A stretch of 62,316 bases of DNA, filler included, from Porpidia crustulata (Eukaryota): assembly GCA_964255105.1 (NCBI GenBank). It is 16 parts of 16 records of this genome, joined end to end, with 100 filler letters (N's around TTAATTAATTAA, not from the genome) between each part and the next. Parts side by side here need not be neighbours in the genome. Positions count along the whole stretch, not along the records: positions 11,774 to 15,597 come from CAXUWE010002222.1; positions 15,698 to 19,519 come from CAXUWE010002223.1; positions 19,620 to 23,436 come from CAXUWE010002224.1; positions 23,537 to 27,351 come from CAXUWE010002225.1; 12 more parts are not named here. One strand, written 5' to 3'. This document shows, piece after piece, positions 12,461 through 24,162 of this stretch. The notes under the pieces were generated by a model. It did not search any database, was not told the DNA's origin, and was given only the letters and a program-made list of their open reading frames with translations. The translations under genes were made by a program, and so were the position numbers. Numbering within the stretch: the stretch's first letter is position 1; each line of letters begins with the position of its first letter.

Positions 12461-12593
12461 TACTCGTTCCCACCCCCAAACGGTCCGCACCCCCAAACGG
12501 TCCGCGCTAGTTAAGATTAGTCAATATAACCCTAACCCTACGCTTTAGCCCTAACCCCAGGTAGGGCGGACCGTTTGGGGGTAGGAACGAGTA
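12461..12593. mobile_element. MITE, pogo/Fot1-like, with telomeric-repeat core (copy 1)
   Basis: TA + 26-bp TIR CTCGTTCC(C/T)ACCCCCAAACGGTCCGC (1 mismatch between ends) + TA. A 17-bp subterminal direct repeat ACCCCCAAACGGTCCGC occurs twice at the left end. Internal TAACCCTAACCCTA..GCCCTAACCC. Confidence 0.85.
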
Positions 12594-13824
12594 CTAATAA
12601 GAATGCAAGGTCATTCTCCATAGAAATGAGCTGGCTGCGATAACGCGTAAGATCCCTCGAAAATCTCTGAGCTTCGTGCAGTATCGTTACCGGATTCCTC
12701 GGCTTGCCCCAAAGGTCATGTTCCAGCTGGTCCTCCAGCGCTGAAATTTGAACATCTGCATAAAATGTGACGTCGTTCCTGTTGGCGTTGATATATATCT
12801 AGTGGATTAGCAAAGAACAGGTGCCGTCGCATTTTATTCCAACAGTTCCACAGTGCTATTATCTCTCTAATGAGTCCGCGCAAAGCTTGGACGATCGTCT
12901 GGTTGAATATCTGGGTTGAAGATGACATTTGGATGGATGCTTCAACACACCTGAGCATAGCATCGCTAGTATTCACAGCATCCGTACCATTCTCTGCGTT
13001 CAACTCAATCCAGCTCGAAACTCACCTACCCAGATCACCTGTTGCAGGATCACAAAGCACAATTAGCGCACTTACGCGCCAACATCAGTGTGTCTGCAAC
13101 AGTCTGCGTTTGAACCACAACATCCCCCAAAATCGCTTGTTCCTTGTTTGGGTCCAAGCTATTGTGCATCTCTCATGCTCGAACAGAGCATCTACGCTTC
13201 TGGCAGAATGGTGGCTTCGCAGAATCTACATCTCTCTTTTCGGGAGGAGTCAAATGCAGCAAAGCTTACATAGTAGCTGCCAAACGTCTTCTGTAATCAT
13301 GAGAGACGAAGTGGGCTGAGTCATCGCGCTCTGACTGAGACAACTATATTTCTTCATGCGCTGAGCCCTATCGCGCTAGTGCTCTATAAGGAGGTTTGGG
13401 AGGTTTGGTCGTAACAATAACTTTCTAATAACAACATTGAATATCAATGCAATCAATTTCATATCTGATCCGTCAACAACGATTGTGTTTCTTGTTTCTG
13501 CAGAAGGCTACCTTATTTGTTCCACCATCGTTTTTTTCAGGAAGCCCTTTCCGCGCCAATTCCTAGGAGTGAACAACATCCATCCAGCTCGGTGTGAAGC
13601 ATCTTACTAGAGTTCCGTAGTCACTTGTTTGCCACGGCTAGCTACCTGCTGTCATGGCCTCGTTATGTATTAGGCAAAAACCTAAGCACCTTGAGGTCTT
13701 CTGGGCGAATTGTCCCACTCATATACTTTACACCGTGCCCTCTTTAAGCTCTCTCCAATTTCAAGTTGTCCAGCAAGACCGATGTGTTACGTCTATTCCA
13801 GACACACGCAAACTAGAGTCGCAG

Positions 13825-15357
13825 ATGGACGAGCCACGATCATCGACTGGGGAACCGCGAATCCGATTTTTGGTCGCCTGCCCTCGTAGCGGATCTACGC
13901 TTCTCATGAGAATCTTTGCTGAGTCCGCTTTCTGCGCAGTTACCAGCCGACCGTTGTTGATGGGCAAAGCGGACTCGACAGAAGGTTTCAGTCCTGACTA
14001 TTCAATCCTCGAGGATCCTTCCCATCATAGCGCCTTCATCAGTGCGTTTAAATCAGGGAAGCAGTTTCTCATATGCAAAGAGGAGCTCGGGAACGACAGT
14101 CGAAAGGGCGAATGTCTATACAATGTGTGCCCTAATCCCTCTACGTATACGATGACTCGACCGATCTTCCTGTTCCGCGACCCTATTCGGGTCTTCGACA
14201 GCTGGAAAAATGTTGGATGGACAGATGCACAGAGCCTGATTGATTGTTACATCAACATGTTTCACATGCTCGCTCAAGCTCCTTCCCCTGCCGTGTCGTG
14301 CCTTGTCTATGAGCGGCTCATTCGAAAACCCGAGACAGAAATCGAATGCATTTGTGCACGATGGGGAATCCCATTCTCCGAGAGCATACTCAAATTTGAC
14401 CATCCGTTTGCATCTGCATTCACTTTTTCGAGTGACCGCGAGAGAGACATCTACTGCGAGAAGAAACCTCTCGGCCTTTTCAAAAATGTGGAAACAGGTT
14501 CTAGTTTTGAACCAGACGTGCCATATCACAATCTGCTGTCCAATGCTGGGAAGGACCATATTGAGGAACACGTTGGCTTTCTATATGTTCGTTGTTGGGA
14601 GGATGATATCCTGCGATTACGGGCTATCCTTACTGAGAGAACCTGGATTGGCTTTGATCTCGACGACACATTACACGAATTTCGTCGCAGCTCTGGGATA
14701 CCCACTAATAGAGTTCTCGCAGAGATCTCTAAACGACATGGTATCCCTATACCTGCATTAAAAGACGAGTACTCTAAGGTTCTTAAGCTGAAGACGGCGA
14801 ATGCTTTTTCAGATGGAAAGACGTCATTTGATTATCGGAGAGAAAGGTTCGCTTCAGTTCTAACTCACTTGTCCTTGCCACAGGACGATCATTTCATATC
14901 TAAACTTCTTGAGCTAAATGGAGCCAATCTTACAGCGTCACTCGAGCTTAAGTGTGGAGCATTAGACTTATTATCACTAATCAAGGATATGGACAAAAAA
15001 ATTGTCGTCATCACAGAAGGCCCACAAGACGCACAAGAGAGAGCAGTTCGTGGCCTTGGCATTGATGGATTCATCGACTTCCTCGCCACTACCGCCAATT
15101 TTGGGGTAGCCAAGACCGATGGCCTATCTCCTCGAGTCTTGGACCATTTAGGCGTTACTGCAGACGACATGGCATACATCGGTGATAACGAGGAGCGAGA
15201 TATGAAACCTGCTCTTATGGAAGGTATCTTTTCAATCCATCTTGCCGAGATGAAGCATGTTTCTTTCAATACCATCCCACCTAAGATCAACACGTTGAGG
15301 AAACTACAGTATATCCTTTCCAACGACCGCTGTCCATCACCCGTCACGAAATCTTGA
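13825..15357 (+). CDS. Sulfotransferase-family domain fused to a HAD-superfamily hydrolase; intronless
   Basis: 5'-PSB loop FLVACPRSGSTLL, 3'-PB motif IFLFRDPIRVFDSW, and LVYERLIRKPETEIECIC..GIPF. HAD motifs I (FDLDDTL), II (ITEG), III (K in GVAKTDG) and IV (YIGDNEERDM). The frame is open from 13654; Met 13825 is the likelier start. Confidence 0.88.
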   Translation: MDEPRSSTGEPRIRFLVACPRSGSTLLMRIFAESAFCAVTSRPLLMGKADSTEGFSPDYSILEDPSHHSAFISAFKSGKQFLICKEELGNDSRKGECLYNVCPNPSTYTMTRPIFLFRDPIRVFDSWKNVGWTDAQSLIDCYINMFHMLAQAPSPAVSCLVYERLIRKPETEIECICARWGIPFSESILKFDHPFASAFTFSSDRERDIYCEKKPLGLFKNVETGSSFEPDVPYHNLLSNAGKDHIEEHVGFLYVRCWEDDILRLRAILTERTWIGFDLDDTLHEFRRSSGIPTNRVLAEISKRHGIPIPALKDEYSKVLKLKTANAFSDGKTSFDYRRERFASVLTHLSLPQDDHFISKLLELNGANLTASLELKCGALDLLSLIKDMDKKIVVITEGPQDAQERAVRGLGIDGFIDFLATTANFGVAKTDGLSPRVLDHLGVTADDMAYIGDNEERDMKPALMEGIFSIHLAEMKHVSFNTIPPKINTLRKLQYILSNDRCPSPVTKS

Positions 15358-16196
15358 AGTAGCACACTTTCGGAGGGATAATCTCGGTCAACTTCAATTT
15401 CAGACGTTTGGTTCAGTGTCTTGCAGGTCGAATTTCAACGGAAATTTCACGAGGCCTGGAATTTAGGCAAGGACTGAGCCTGAAGCAATTGGAAAAGCAC
15501 AGTTGGGCAGCTTTATGCAGAATGTCAACAATCTCAAAGCAAGAGGTTTTAGCCGGTAGGCTCTCTCATACTGCTCCTCTCTTTTGCCTCTCTGCTCNNN
15601 NNNNNNNNNNNNNNNNNNNNNNNNNNNNNNNNNNNNNNNNNTTAATTAATTAANNNNNNNNNNNNNNNNNNNNNNNNNNNNNNNNNNNNNNNNNNNNGTA
15701 TATGGGAATGTGATGAAGGAGGGGTGTGGAGGGGACTATGAGATGAGCAGGGGATTGAGCAATTGGGTTTTAAGTTTGAAGAGGGAGGATTTGGATGACG
15801 TTGTGAGGAGGACTTTGGGGCAGGATTAATTTGAAGGAGCGAAGTAGACGCGGATATTTTGTGTGTGGGTGAGAACGCGTTTGATTTGAGATGGTTATGA
15901 TGCTGTGCTGGTTGGCATCCTCACTTTTAAATTTTAACATTTGAATTACAGATTCAACCTGATCGTATTGACCGGTACTTGTCTTGACCATGTAATATGG
16001 CTGCTTCAAGACTTCTACTTGGGAGAGTGCTGCCTAACGTCATATACGTTCGCTTGCACGGCTGAGTTAGAGTTAGGCATCTAAGTTGGCTTACAAAGGG
16101 GAAGAGGCCTCATCTTGTATCCACGCCCACTACAGATCGAACTGTACCGAGCTTTCAGCTTTTCTACAAGTAAATTATATACAATTCAATGTCCAG

Positions 16197-17949
16197 ATGT
16201 TTCAATCCTACTGTGAAAGATCTATCGACTCAATAATCTTCTATCCAGCCAAGAATGATACCAACGGGCTCAAAGGTATCGAGATCGCGTTGAAAGGCGC
16301 GGCTAAGAAGTCATGTGTTGAAGAGTGCCAACTTGACGATACGACCATATTAGATTGGCTTCACAAGGTCTGCCGTCATCGAAGATTACACGCGGTAACT
16401 GCTAAATCGTAAAGGATGTCGGACGTGATGACGGTCCAGATAATACGGGTGGCCTCCGACTGATGTATTTCAAAATTCCCATCTACTATGAGTCCAGCCC
16501 TGAGCAATTGATGAACTGAGATAGAACACAGCGTGGCTGGTCGAACAAAGCAATCTAATCTGTTTGACCAAATCCCTTTCTCCGAGGCAACGTTCAAGGC
16601 TATCGCGGACGAGTTCGATCTTCCTTCTGTCTACCCAGCTACTTTATCCACCAAATTACCTCATTACGCTCATATCGAGTCCAGGAACCAACACGGGGCC
16701 GTTCTATCTTGTGGGTCTGCTTATTTGTCTCTCTGTGTACCTATTAATTTACAGCACGTAGCATTCATATCCCGCACTTTCTCATTCCGACGAGCAGGCC
16801 ATGCGCTAGCATTGACTTACAATGCACAAACAAAGATTACTTCTGCAATCATCCAAGGTCCAAGAGACCCTCAGTACTACGGCCAGTTGAGTGGGTATCT
16901 CAAAGAGCGGGCGGATCTGGCGACTCATCCAGCATTTCTACTTCTCTGTGCTGCCCAGCTTGAATACGAGACGACGGATGAAAATTATCTACCTCTCAGG
17001 GATGACATGATCGTTATCGAGAAGTGGACGGGACACGGATCGCTGATTAGCAGGAGCAATAGCAAGAATCTCGACTTGTTTCAGGACCTGCCCGCCCTCA
17101 CGAGAGATTTGAATTTGTTCTCTTCGAAGGTGATTGGAGAGACGGAGAGGGTGAAGTCATGTTTGCTTCGCCACGATTGCATAATCGAATTTATTGACAA
17201 TGTCGATAAGCCGATCTCATCTCAAGGCCAGCAGAGTAACTATTCCGGGGAAAGCACCAACGAAGTGATGTCTCTTCCACACCAGAAGGGTGATCGGGCT
17301 AGGCAGAGCGCAGAATTAAGACAGCATGCCGAATTTCTTGCCAACGGATGGAAGTGTATACTCCACAGATATGAGGCCTTTGAGAAGAACATACAAGTGC
17401 AATTGGCCGTAGTAAGTGACACTACTCGCGTAGAACGGCCGCAGTGCTAACGCGCACTTCAGCTTTACAATACTAGCATTCAGCGAGACAGCAAGCTGAA
17501 CTTGGATATTGCAAGGTCGTCCGCGAGTATCGCCGCAGCGACCAAGCGCGACGGCTCTGTCATGAAAAGCATATCGCTATTGACGATGCTTTTCCTCCCC
17601 GCGACCTTTGTTTCTGTATGCAGTTCATGTCTCCTTGACCAATGAGCTGTACAGAGTTTCTCAGAGAAACAGAGTTGCATGCTTCTTGATTTAGGAAGTG
17701 TGGCTAACAGATCGTTAATAGACATTGTTCGCCATGCCTTTATTCAATTGGGACGCCGATCGAATCTCTGCCATCGGAACGCCCCACGCGTGGATGTATC
17801 TCGCGGTTACTCTTCCGCTAACCATTACCATCGTCGCTCTGTGGCTCGCCTGGCTGCGGTGGAACCGCCCACAACGACAAAGAGACGATCGTGGGAAGGC
17901 GCGAGAGAGTACGCTCTACGCTGAACAAGACGGGAAGAAGACGGCTTGA
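16197..17949 (+). CDS. Fungal CorA-like (2 C-terminal TM) protein; multi-exon
   Basis: C-terminus SIAAATKRDGSVMKSISLLTMLFLPATFVS/TLFAMPLFNW..WMYLAVTLPLT. GT-AG introns begin near 16368, 16464, 16711, 17412 and 17617 (boundaries approximate). Confidence 0.8.
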
Positions 17950-19622
17950 AAGGCCTATTGCCGGATCCTAAAGACGAAGATCTGCCCATTCCTCCAAGAG
18001 AAGTTTACAGCGCGGGTATGGAGGAGTTGACGGTAATCTTAGCTAGTTGCCGAAGTTTTCACGAAACGATCTCCTACGTCTTGTGAGAATTCGGCTGTGA
18101 CAATACCCTAGAAATCTTGGAACAGACGACTTCATCTATAAGACAGAACCTACCTAATTTTACAGCTCGTGTTTACACTCTCGTATCGTTGTTTGCGAAG
18201 GCTTGTGCAAGGCTCTTGAATTAAGGATTGAGTCGGGTGGAAATGGATCATCAACACGTTGAACGATACAACGGCCCGTGGTGTGGATCATTTTTATATT
18301 TGGTATACACCGCGGCTAGTAGTATATATCATAATACTTTTGCTCGGTATATCATTTTAGGTGTCCACTACTCGAGTACGGCTCAAGCGGACGATGTCTC
18401 GTTAAGGGGGTGAATCGTTTCAGGTGTGTCAATGTGATCGTTATTAACGACCAATTTGCGTCTATTCTTTATTTTATTTACCCTACCCATTGCAAATAGC
18501 TGATATCGACAGGTTCTCTCAGTATCTCCCTACATCCGTCACAGACTAAACTAGACCATGTTGTAGGTTCATCCTCTGTAAACTAAAATAGGACCTCTCA
18601 TCCGCCGGTTGCGCGGAAAGGGCTAGCTTGTTCTCAACAAACTACGCGGGGGATAGATCGCTAGCAATCAGGTCATCCAGGAGGGCAAGCCTAAGCCCGC
18701 TCAGATACTGCATGCTCGCCAAGTCCCATGTCCCACGATTGATCGGGTCTCCAAGAACACATGGGGGTATCAAAATTGGACGTGGAGCATCCCGCTTCTG
18801 GCTCCTTACAGGCCTGCCCCCTTCAAGGAATAGGCATTGGGCATGGCAGGACCGAAAGCGCTAAGCTGTACCCAGATGGATGCTTCCGGCATGCCTACTT
18901 CCTTCCATCAATCTAGCTTAGTCGTGCATCCCCCAGTATGCTTCATCCTGGCTGATCCCTTCACTTCCGCTCTCCGTGGTGGTTGATACCTACACAATAC
19001 CGAGCCCCCGCCGAGCCATTCGATAGACCCAGCCTGGCGTGGATGAGGCGAAAGGTGTTCTCGATCCCCAAGGCGGAAGGAATTGATAATACCCCTTCGA
19101 AAGAAGAAAATGGTAATGTTCGACTTGGTTGATCGAGTGTTTGGAAACCATTTCGTCACCTCCAAAGAGCTCGATTGTCGATCGGTGGAGATCGGTGATA
19201 CATCAGACAGTGAGTTCTGTGAGTTTTATCCAGACAGCGAATGCAAATTACTTTATCCGGTATAAAGCGTGCCTCATCCGGCTAGCTCCGACCTCGAAAC
19301 ATCATAAACCACCAAACCTCGAACGCAAGCGACCCCGGAGCGTATAATCTCCAAAATCGCAATCCTGTTTCCGAGATATCACAAAGTCCATAATCTGCTC
19401 CGACATTCAAATAATATAGCTAAATAAATAATACTCGAATCAAATCCTCCCCCCGTACATTAAAAACCTTCTCATTTCTATGAGTACGTACTCTATCCCC
19501 GTTCCATCCACCCCGACACNNNNNNNNNNNNNNNNNNNNNNNNNNNNNNNNNNNNNNNNNNNNTTAATTAATTAANNNNNNNNNNNNNNNNNNNNNNNNN
19601 NNNNNNNNNNNNNNNNNNNACC

Positions 19623-22468
19623 CTAGGCCGTGCTCAAACTCGGCGGCAAATCCTCCACCCCCGTCCCCCACTTGCTCTCCTCCGGCCCCAATACCAGCGT
19701 CAAAATCCCCCCGTTCAAAAAAAACTCATGCCCGATCCAATTCCTCGTGTATTTTCTGCCGTTCAAGATCGCGCCCTGAATATAGATATTCTTATACGCA
19801 GCATCGAAGTTCTGATTCCGCACAATCGCCGTCTTCCCCGTCTGCGCGTTGCGGATGCTGATCTCGGGAAAAAAGGGCGGCGTGATGAGATAGACGTCCT
19901 GACCCGGGTTGGGGAAGAGGCCGAGCATGGCGAGCGCGACGAAGGAGCCCATGGCGCCGCTGTCGTCGTTACCGGCGATGCCGGCCAGGGTCGCGTTGAA
20001 CTGCGCGGGGATGTAGGCGTGCGCGCGCCGGGCGGACAGCGCGGGGCGGCCGCCGTAATGGTACTGGTACACGGGCAGGAAGGCCTGTTCGTCACCGATG
20101 TAGAGCAGGCCGGAATCGTGCAGGTAGTCGAGGCGGGCGGTGAAGTTGGCGGGGCCGCCGAGGGTGGCGATCAGGGCGGCGGTGTCGCCGGGGACGAAGA
20201 AGGTGTAGAGCCAGCAGCTGCCCTCGTAGGTTTCGTGGCCGTTGGGGTTGAGGTAGCAGCCGGTGAAGTCGAGGAGGGGGGAGCAGAGGATGGGGTCTTG
20301 GAGGGCCCAGGTGCCGTTGGGGTATTTGGGTTGGGGGAAGCCGGTGAAGCCGGTGTCGATGCCGTTGATGGAGGATGTTTGGTCGGCTTTGAAGACGTTG
20401 CGCCAGTATTCGGAGCGGTTGGAGTATTTCTGATAATCGGCGGCTTTGCCCAGTCGTTGCGCCATTTCTGCGATGCAGAAATCATTGTAGGCGTACTCCG
20501 TGGTACGAGACACGCTTCTGGTGTGGGTTCCAAATCCGATGTTGTCTATGTCGTCAATTGGGATGTAATACAAGTTGTGCCAACTTGTAAGACCTCCACG
20601 ACCTTCGACGTCCCAATTGCCAGGTTCGATCTCTGCATCAGAGACAATTGCCTCATAGGCGGTGTTCCAGTCCACGCCTCCGCTGATGCCTTTTACGTAG
20701 CTATCGACGATTACTACGTCGGCGTTTGATCCACCTTGAGTCCAGCCTTTGCACAGGGACATCCTGCAATCTGGTAATTTACCCTCGTGCCGGTAGATAT
20801 CGATGAGACTTCGTACCATCAGGCTCTGAGAGTAAGGGTCGGTAAGCGTGATAAAAGGATGAATGCTACGGAACGAGTCCCAGATGCTACAAATTGTGTC
20901 AGCGGAGGGTTCTAGGATCCAAAATTGTTGCGGGCATACCAGTAATAAGAATCGTAGTATGGTTCGCTACTCTGCCATAGCGGATTTTCCCCAGTGTAAT
21001 CCTGAGGGCTAATATTTGCACGGTAGACACCACTCCAAAAACCCGTTTGCAGCTCATCACTCACACCTTGAGCTTTGATTGAAATGACTCCCAATTTCTT
21101 CTCCCAGGCACTCTGGGCGGACTTCAGCGTACCATCGAAGTCAAACGTAGGGATCTAAGTTGAAGGCGGATCAACATTGTAGTAACTTCTTCCAGCTCTA
21201 GACTCAATTACCTCTTTCTGGGCATTTTGACATGCTTGGCCCGTGCTGATAAAGCTGACACCCACACGTGCGAGAATTTGACTGTTATTTGTAGGAGCAT
21301 TAAATTGAGTGTATGCCCCAGCAGGCCAATCTCTACCCACTGAAATGCTCTTAGGCTGGCTGCTCGCCTGAGTATCGGTCCAAGTCCCTGTATCTCGGAT
21401 CGATGCGCCTTGGAAGTCTGCACAGAAAAACACATTGTATTGGCCCTCTCCGAAACTGGGGTTAAAAGTGCCTTGACCAGAATTAGTTCCATTCTTGTCC
21501 CACATCAGTCTGCTTCCAGGTGCATACCATTTCCTGTAATTTGACCAGTCTTCGGATCCACAGAAGCAGTTCCCTTCTGACGTGATTCTGGAAGATCTGT
21601 CAAATCAATGATGAGGAGGGGGCTTTCGGTCGAATTAGATCCTGAGGCAGGTGTCTTGGGAAAGGTAAAACGATAAAGCGCTGTGTGGTTCGAAACGGTC
21701 ATCTCTGAGTGGATCCCATTGTCCAATGTAACGGCGAAGAAGCCAGGACGTGCTTCCGCAGTGTTGGGCATCCGCGGTATAGCTCGGGCTGTCTTGGAGA
21801 ATTTGCATTGGTTGAGGTCGTCATTTCGGCATCCTGCTTGGGGAAAGAGAGGAAAATTGCCAAGTGAGGGCGACTAATCACCACCAGTCAGTCAAGTCGC
21901 GAAGAAGATGGCCGATGCCATATAATGTTGGCAATTCATATTCTAATAAAACGTTTCTTGTCAGGAAGCTCAACTGCCAAGTAAATGACTTGAAAAACTG
22001 CGGAAGGTGAAATTGAGAGAATGATGTAGGACACTATCAATAGTCTAAATGACAGAATGGTCGAGCCAGGAGTCACATGAAATTCGTAACAGAATTTAGA
22101 GAACCGAATCAAGAACGGAACAGGGCTTCATTGCAATACAGTAGAAATCCACGGAAATGCCCACCCCTCCAGTACCGCTGTCGTGCAGATGACTGAAGCC
22201 TGGTTCGGCTCTCGATTAGTGAGTTACAGTCGATGTTCACATTCTCTCACTGACCTGTAATATACGAATCATCAGAGGCAAAGCCACCTTGGTTCTCCCC
22301 ATTTACATCTGCCACCGCCTTTGCCATACCAAAGGGCAAGGTAGCTCCGGGAAAGACATGGCCTCCGTTGACGGTGCCAATAAGTGGATTTACATAATCA
22401 TATGGAGTCTTCTGGGCATCTGTTGTAGCCACCAGGGCCAGGAGTAGCACCGTAGATAACTTGGACAT
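19623..22468 (-). CDS. Secreted glycoside hydrolase family 92 alpha-1,2-mannosidase; multi-exon
   Basis: Signal peptide, then YVNPLIGTVNGGHVFPGATLPFGMAKAVAD; HLHDSGTGG; TQGGSNAD; SRTTEYAYNDF; YEGSCWLY; IGDEQAF; GNDDSGAMGSF. Confidence 0.95.
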
Positions 22469-23317
22469 GCTGGGATGGCCCATGAATTACATACCAGCTC
22501 ATCGATCCAGCAGCAGTATAGAGAAAGAAGTAACAACAAGAAGAGGTCAGTGGTCTTATCAAAAACATAACAGGCCATAGAGAAAGGTCATTTCCAGCCC
22601 CGCACATGAGGAATGCTACGTAAAGACGATGTATCACTTTCTCTTACTTTGCAAGTCAGCGAACACAGCGTACAGCAGACTGCACTACACAGCAAGACGA
22701 CAATTTGAGAGTCGCAAGACAATCAAACTAGAATAATTTGGGATAGATTCGACCTCACTACGGCCCCAACCACGAGTGCACGTCGCCAGTCCAGAGTTCG
22801 CGCGCTTGAGGGATGCATGGTCACGTTGTTCATCTCATGACAAGTGTCACGATGATCATAATCCTCCGAAGATTATGCCATGGTCTGTGATAACCTGTCA
22901 GGACGGGCTACCCTTGTGGCTTCTTATATTCGTCCAAGGTCATCCTAATATGCGAAGGATGAAGGTGATCCAATAAAACCCTGAAAGCCTCCAAAGCCCT
23001 GGCGGACGAAGGTTGCTTTGAACGATTACGGAAAACATGAGAACAAGTACGTAGACGCAAAAATCAAAGATGGACGAAATCATACGATCACACCTACGGT
23101 GCCTCACAAGAATTAGAAGGAGAGAAAAGCAGGCGGAAGGTCTCTGGCACCCCGTGGCTGGGACGGGGACAACTCGGTGTCCAGTTAACTCTCGGCTTCT
23201 CATCGATCGACATTGCAATCTATCGATGAATGATGGCAAACGAACAGAACAAGGGGATCTTCTGGATTGTGATACTGATTGCTTATTGACGAGGCGGAGA
23301 TCCTGCTACTCTACTAG

Positions 23318-23376
23318 TACTCGTTCTCACCCGAAACAACGAGACTCAGACTAGTGGGGATAACCCTAACCCTATG
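23318..23376. mobile_element. Truncated third copy of the telomeric-core MITE
   Basis: TA-CTCGTTCTCACCC (left TIR start) followed by ACTAGTGGGGATAACCCTAACCCTA, matching the core of copies 1 and 2. No right TIR is seen before the contig end. Confidence 0.6.
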
Positions 23377-24162
23377 TATGCTATTCCATTGAAAGGTGCG
23401 GCTTAGCGCACCTCAAATGACTTAGCGGCCGGGAAGNNNNNNNNNNNNNNNNNNNNNNNNNNNNNNNNNNNNNNNNNNNNTTAATTAATTAANNNNNNNN
23501 NNNNNNNNNNNNNNNNNNNNNNNNNNNNNNNNNNNNGGGAAATGTGGATGGGCAAGGGTTATGTGGCGGGAATTGGGGAGTTGGAGAACCGGTGGCTTTG
23601 TACTCGGGTGGCAAGGTTCGAGACGTCGCCGTCAGTTCGACGTGACATGATCGAGAGCTCCCGCGCGAAATCTCGACACAGCTGAATCTCTATCCCCTCG
23701 TAGACGCCGCAAACGCCCGCCGATCTCACAGGCTTTCAACCTTTCAATCCCTCGAAAACACATCTCCAGGTACCCATCTTCCTCTCTCGTTTTAAGAACA
23801 ACTATGATCGAGAATGTATAAGATTTTCATCATGAATTGACAAATGACTAATCGACTACCAATCCCACTCGCTCTCGTGTGGATATCTAAAGCCCTCCAA
23901 AACGAGCTGCAAACCAATCCAACGCCTCCGGTTCCTTCCGTATATGCAACCTGGATCCCCAACGCCTGAGTGGATGCTCCTTCCCCCCTTAAACATATGC
24001 ACCACAAGGCACCACCTTAGCCCCTGACCGCGATCTGGACCCTAGCCTGAGTGCGCGATACCCTGAAATTTGCCTCCTTTCCGCGTCCTCGTGTAATGCC
24101 TGCCTGAAATGGGTAAAGTATGGTGTGAAGAACGCCTTACCGTCACGGGAATCTTATCAATG

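Noticed and set aside
12527..12558. CCCTAA repeats as a chromosome end
   Set aside because: Only 2-3 units, internal to the contig and enclosed by TIRs; they are part of the MITE.
19728..20729. 333-aa antisense ORF over GH92 (likewise the ORFs overlapping MEX67, BYE1 and the permease)
   Set aside because: Shadow frames of GC-rich coding sequence.
21876..22163. Unusually long GH92 intron as a snoRNA host
   Set aside because: No C box (RTGATGA) paired with a D box on the sense strand and no convincing H/ACA structure.
23537..23600. Many contigs start G-rich and end C-rich
   Set aside because: Most simply explained as sequencing or assembly drop-out at strand-skewed GC tracts; treated as technical.
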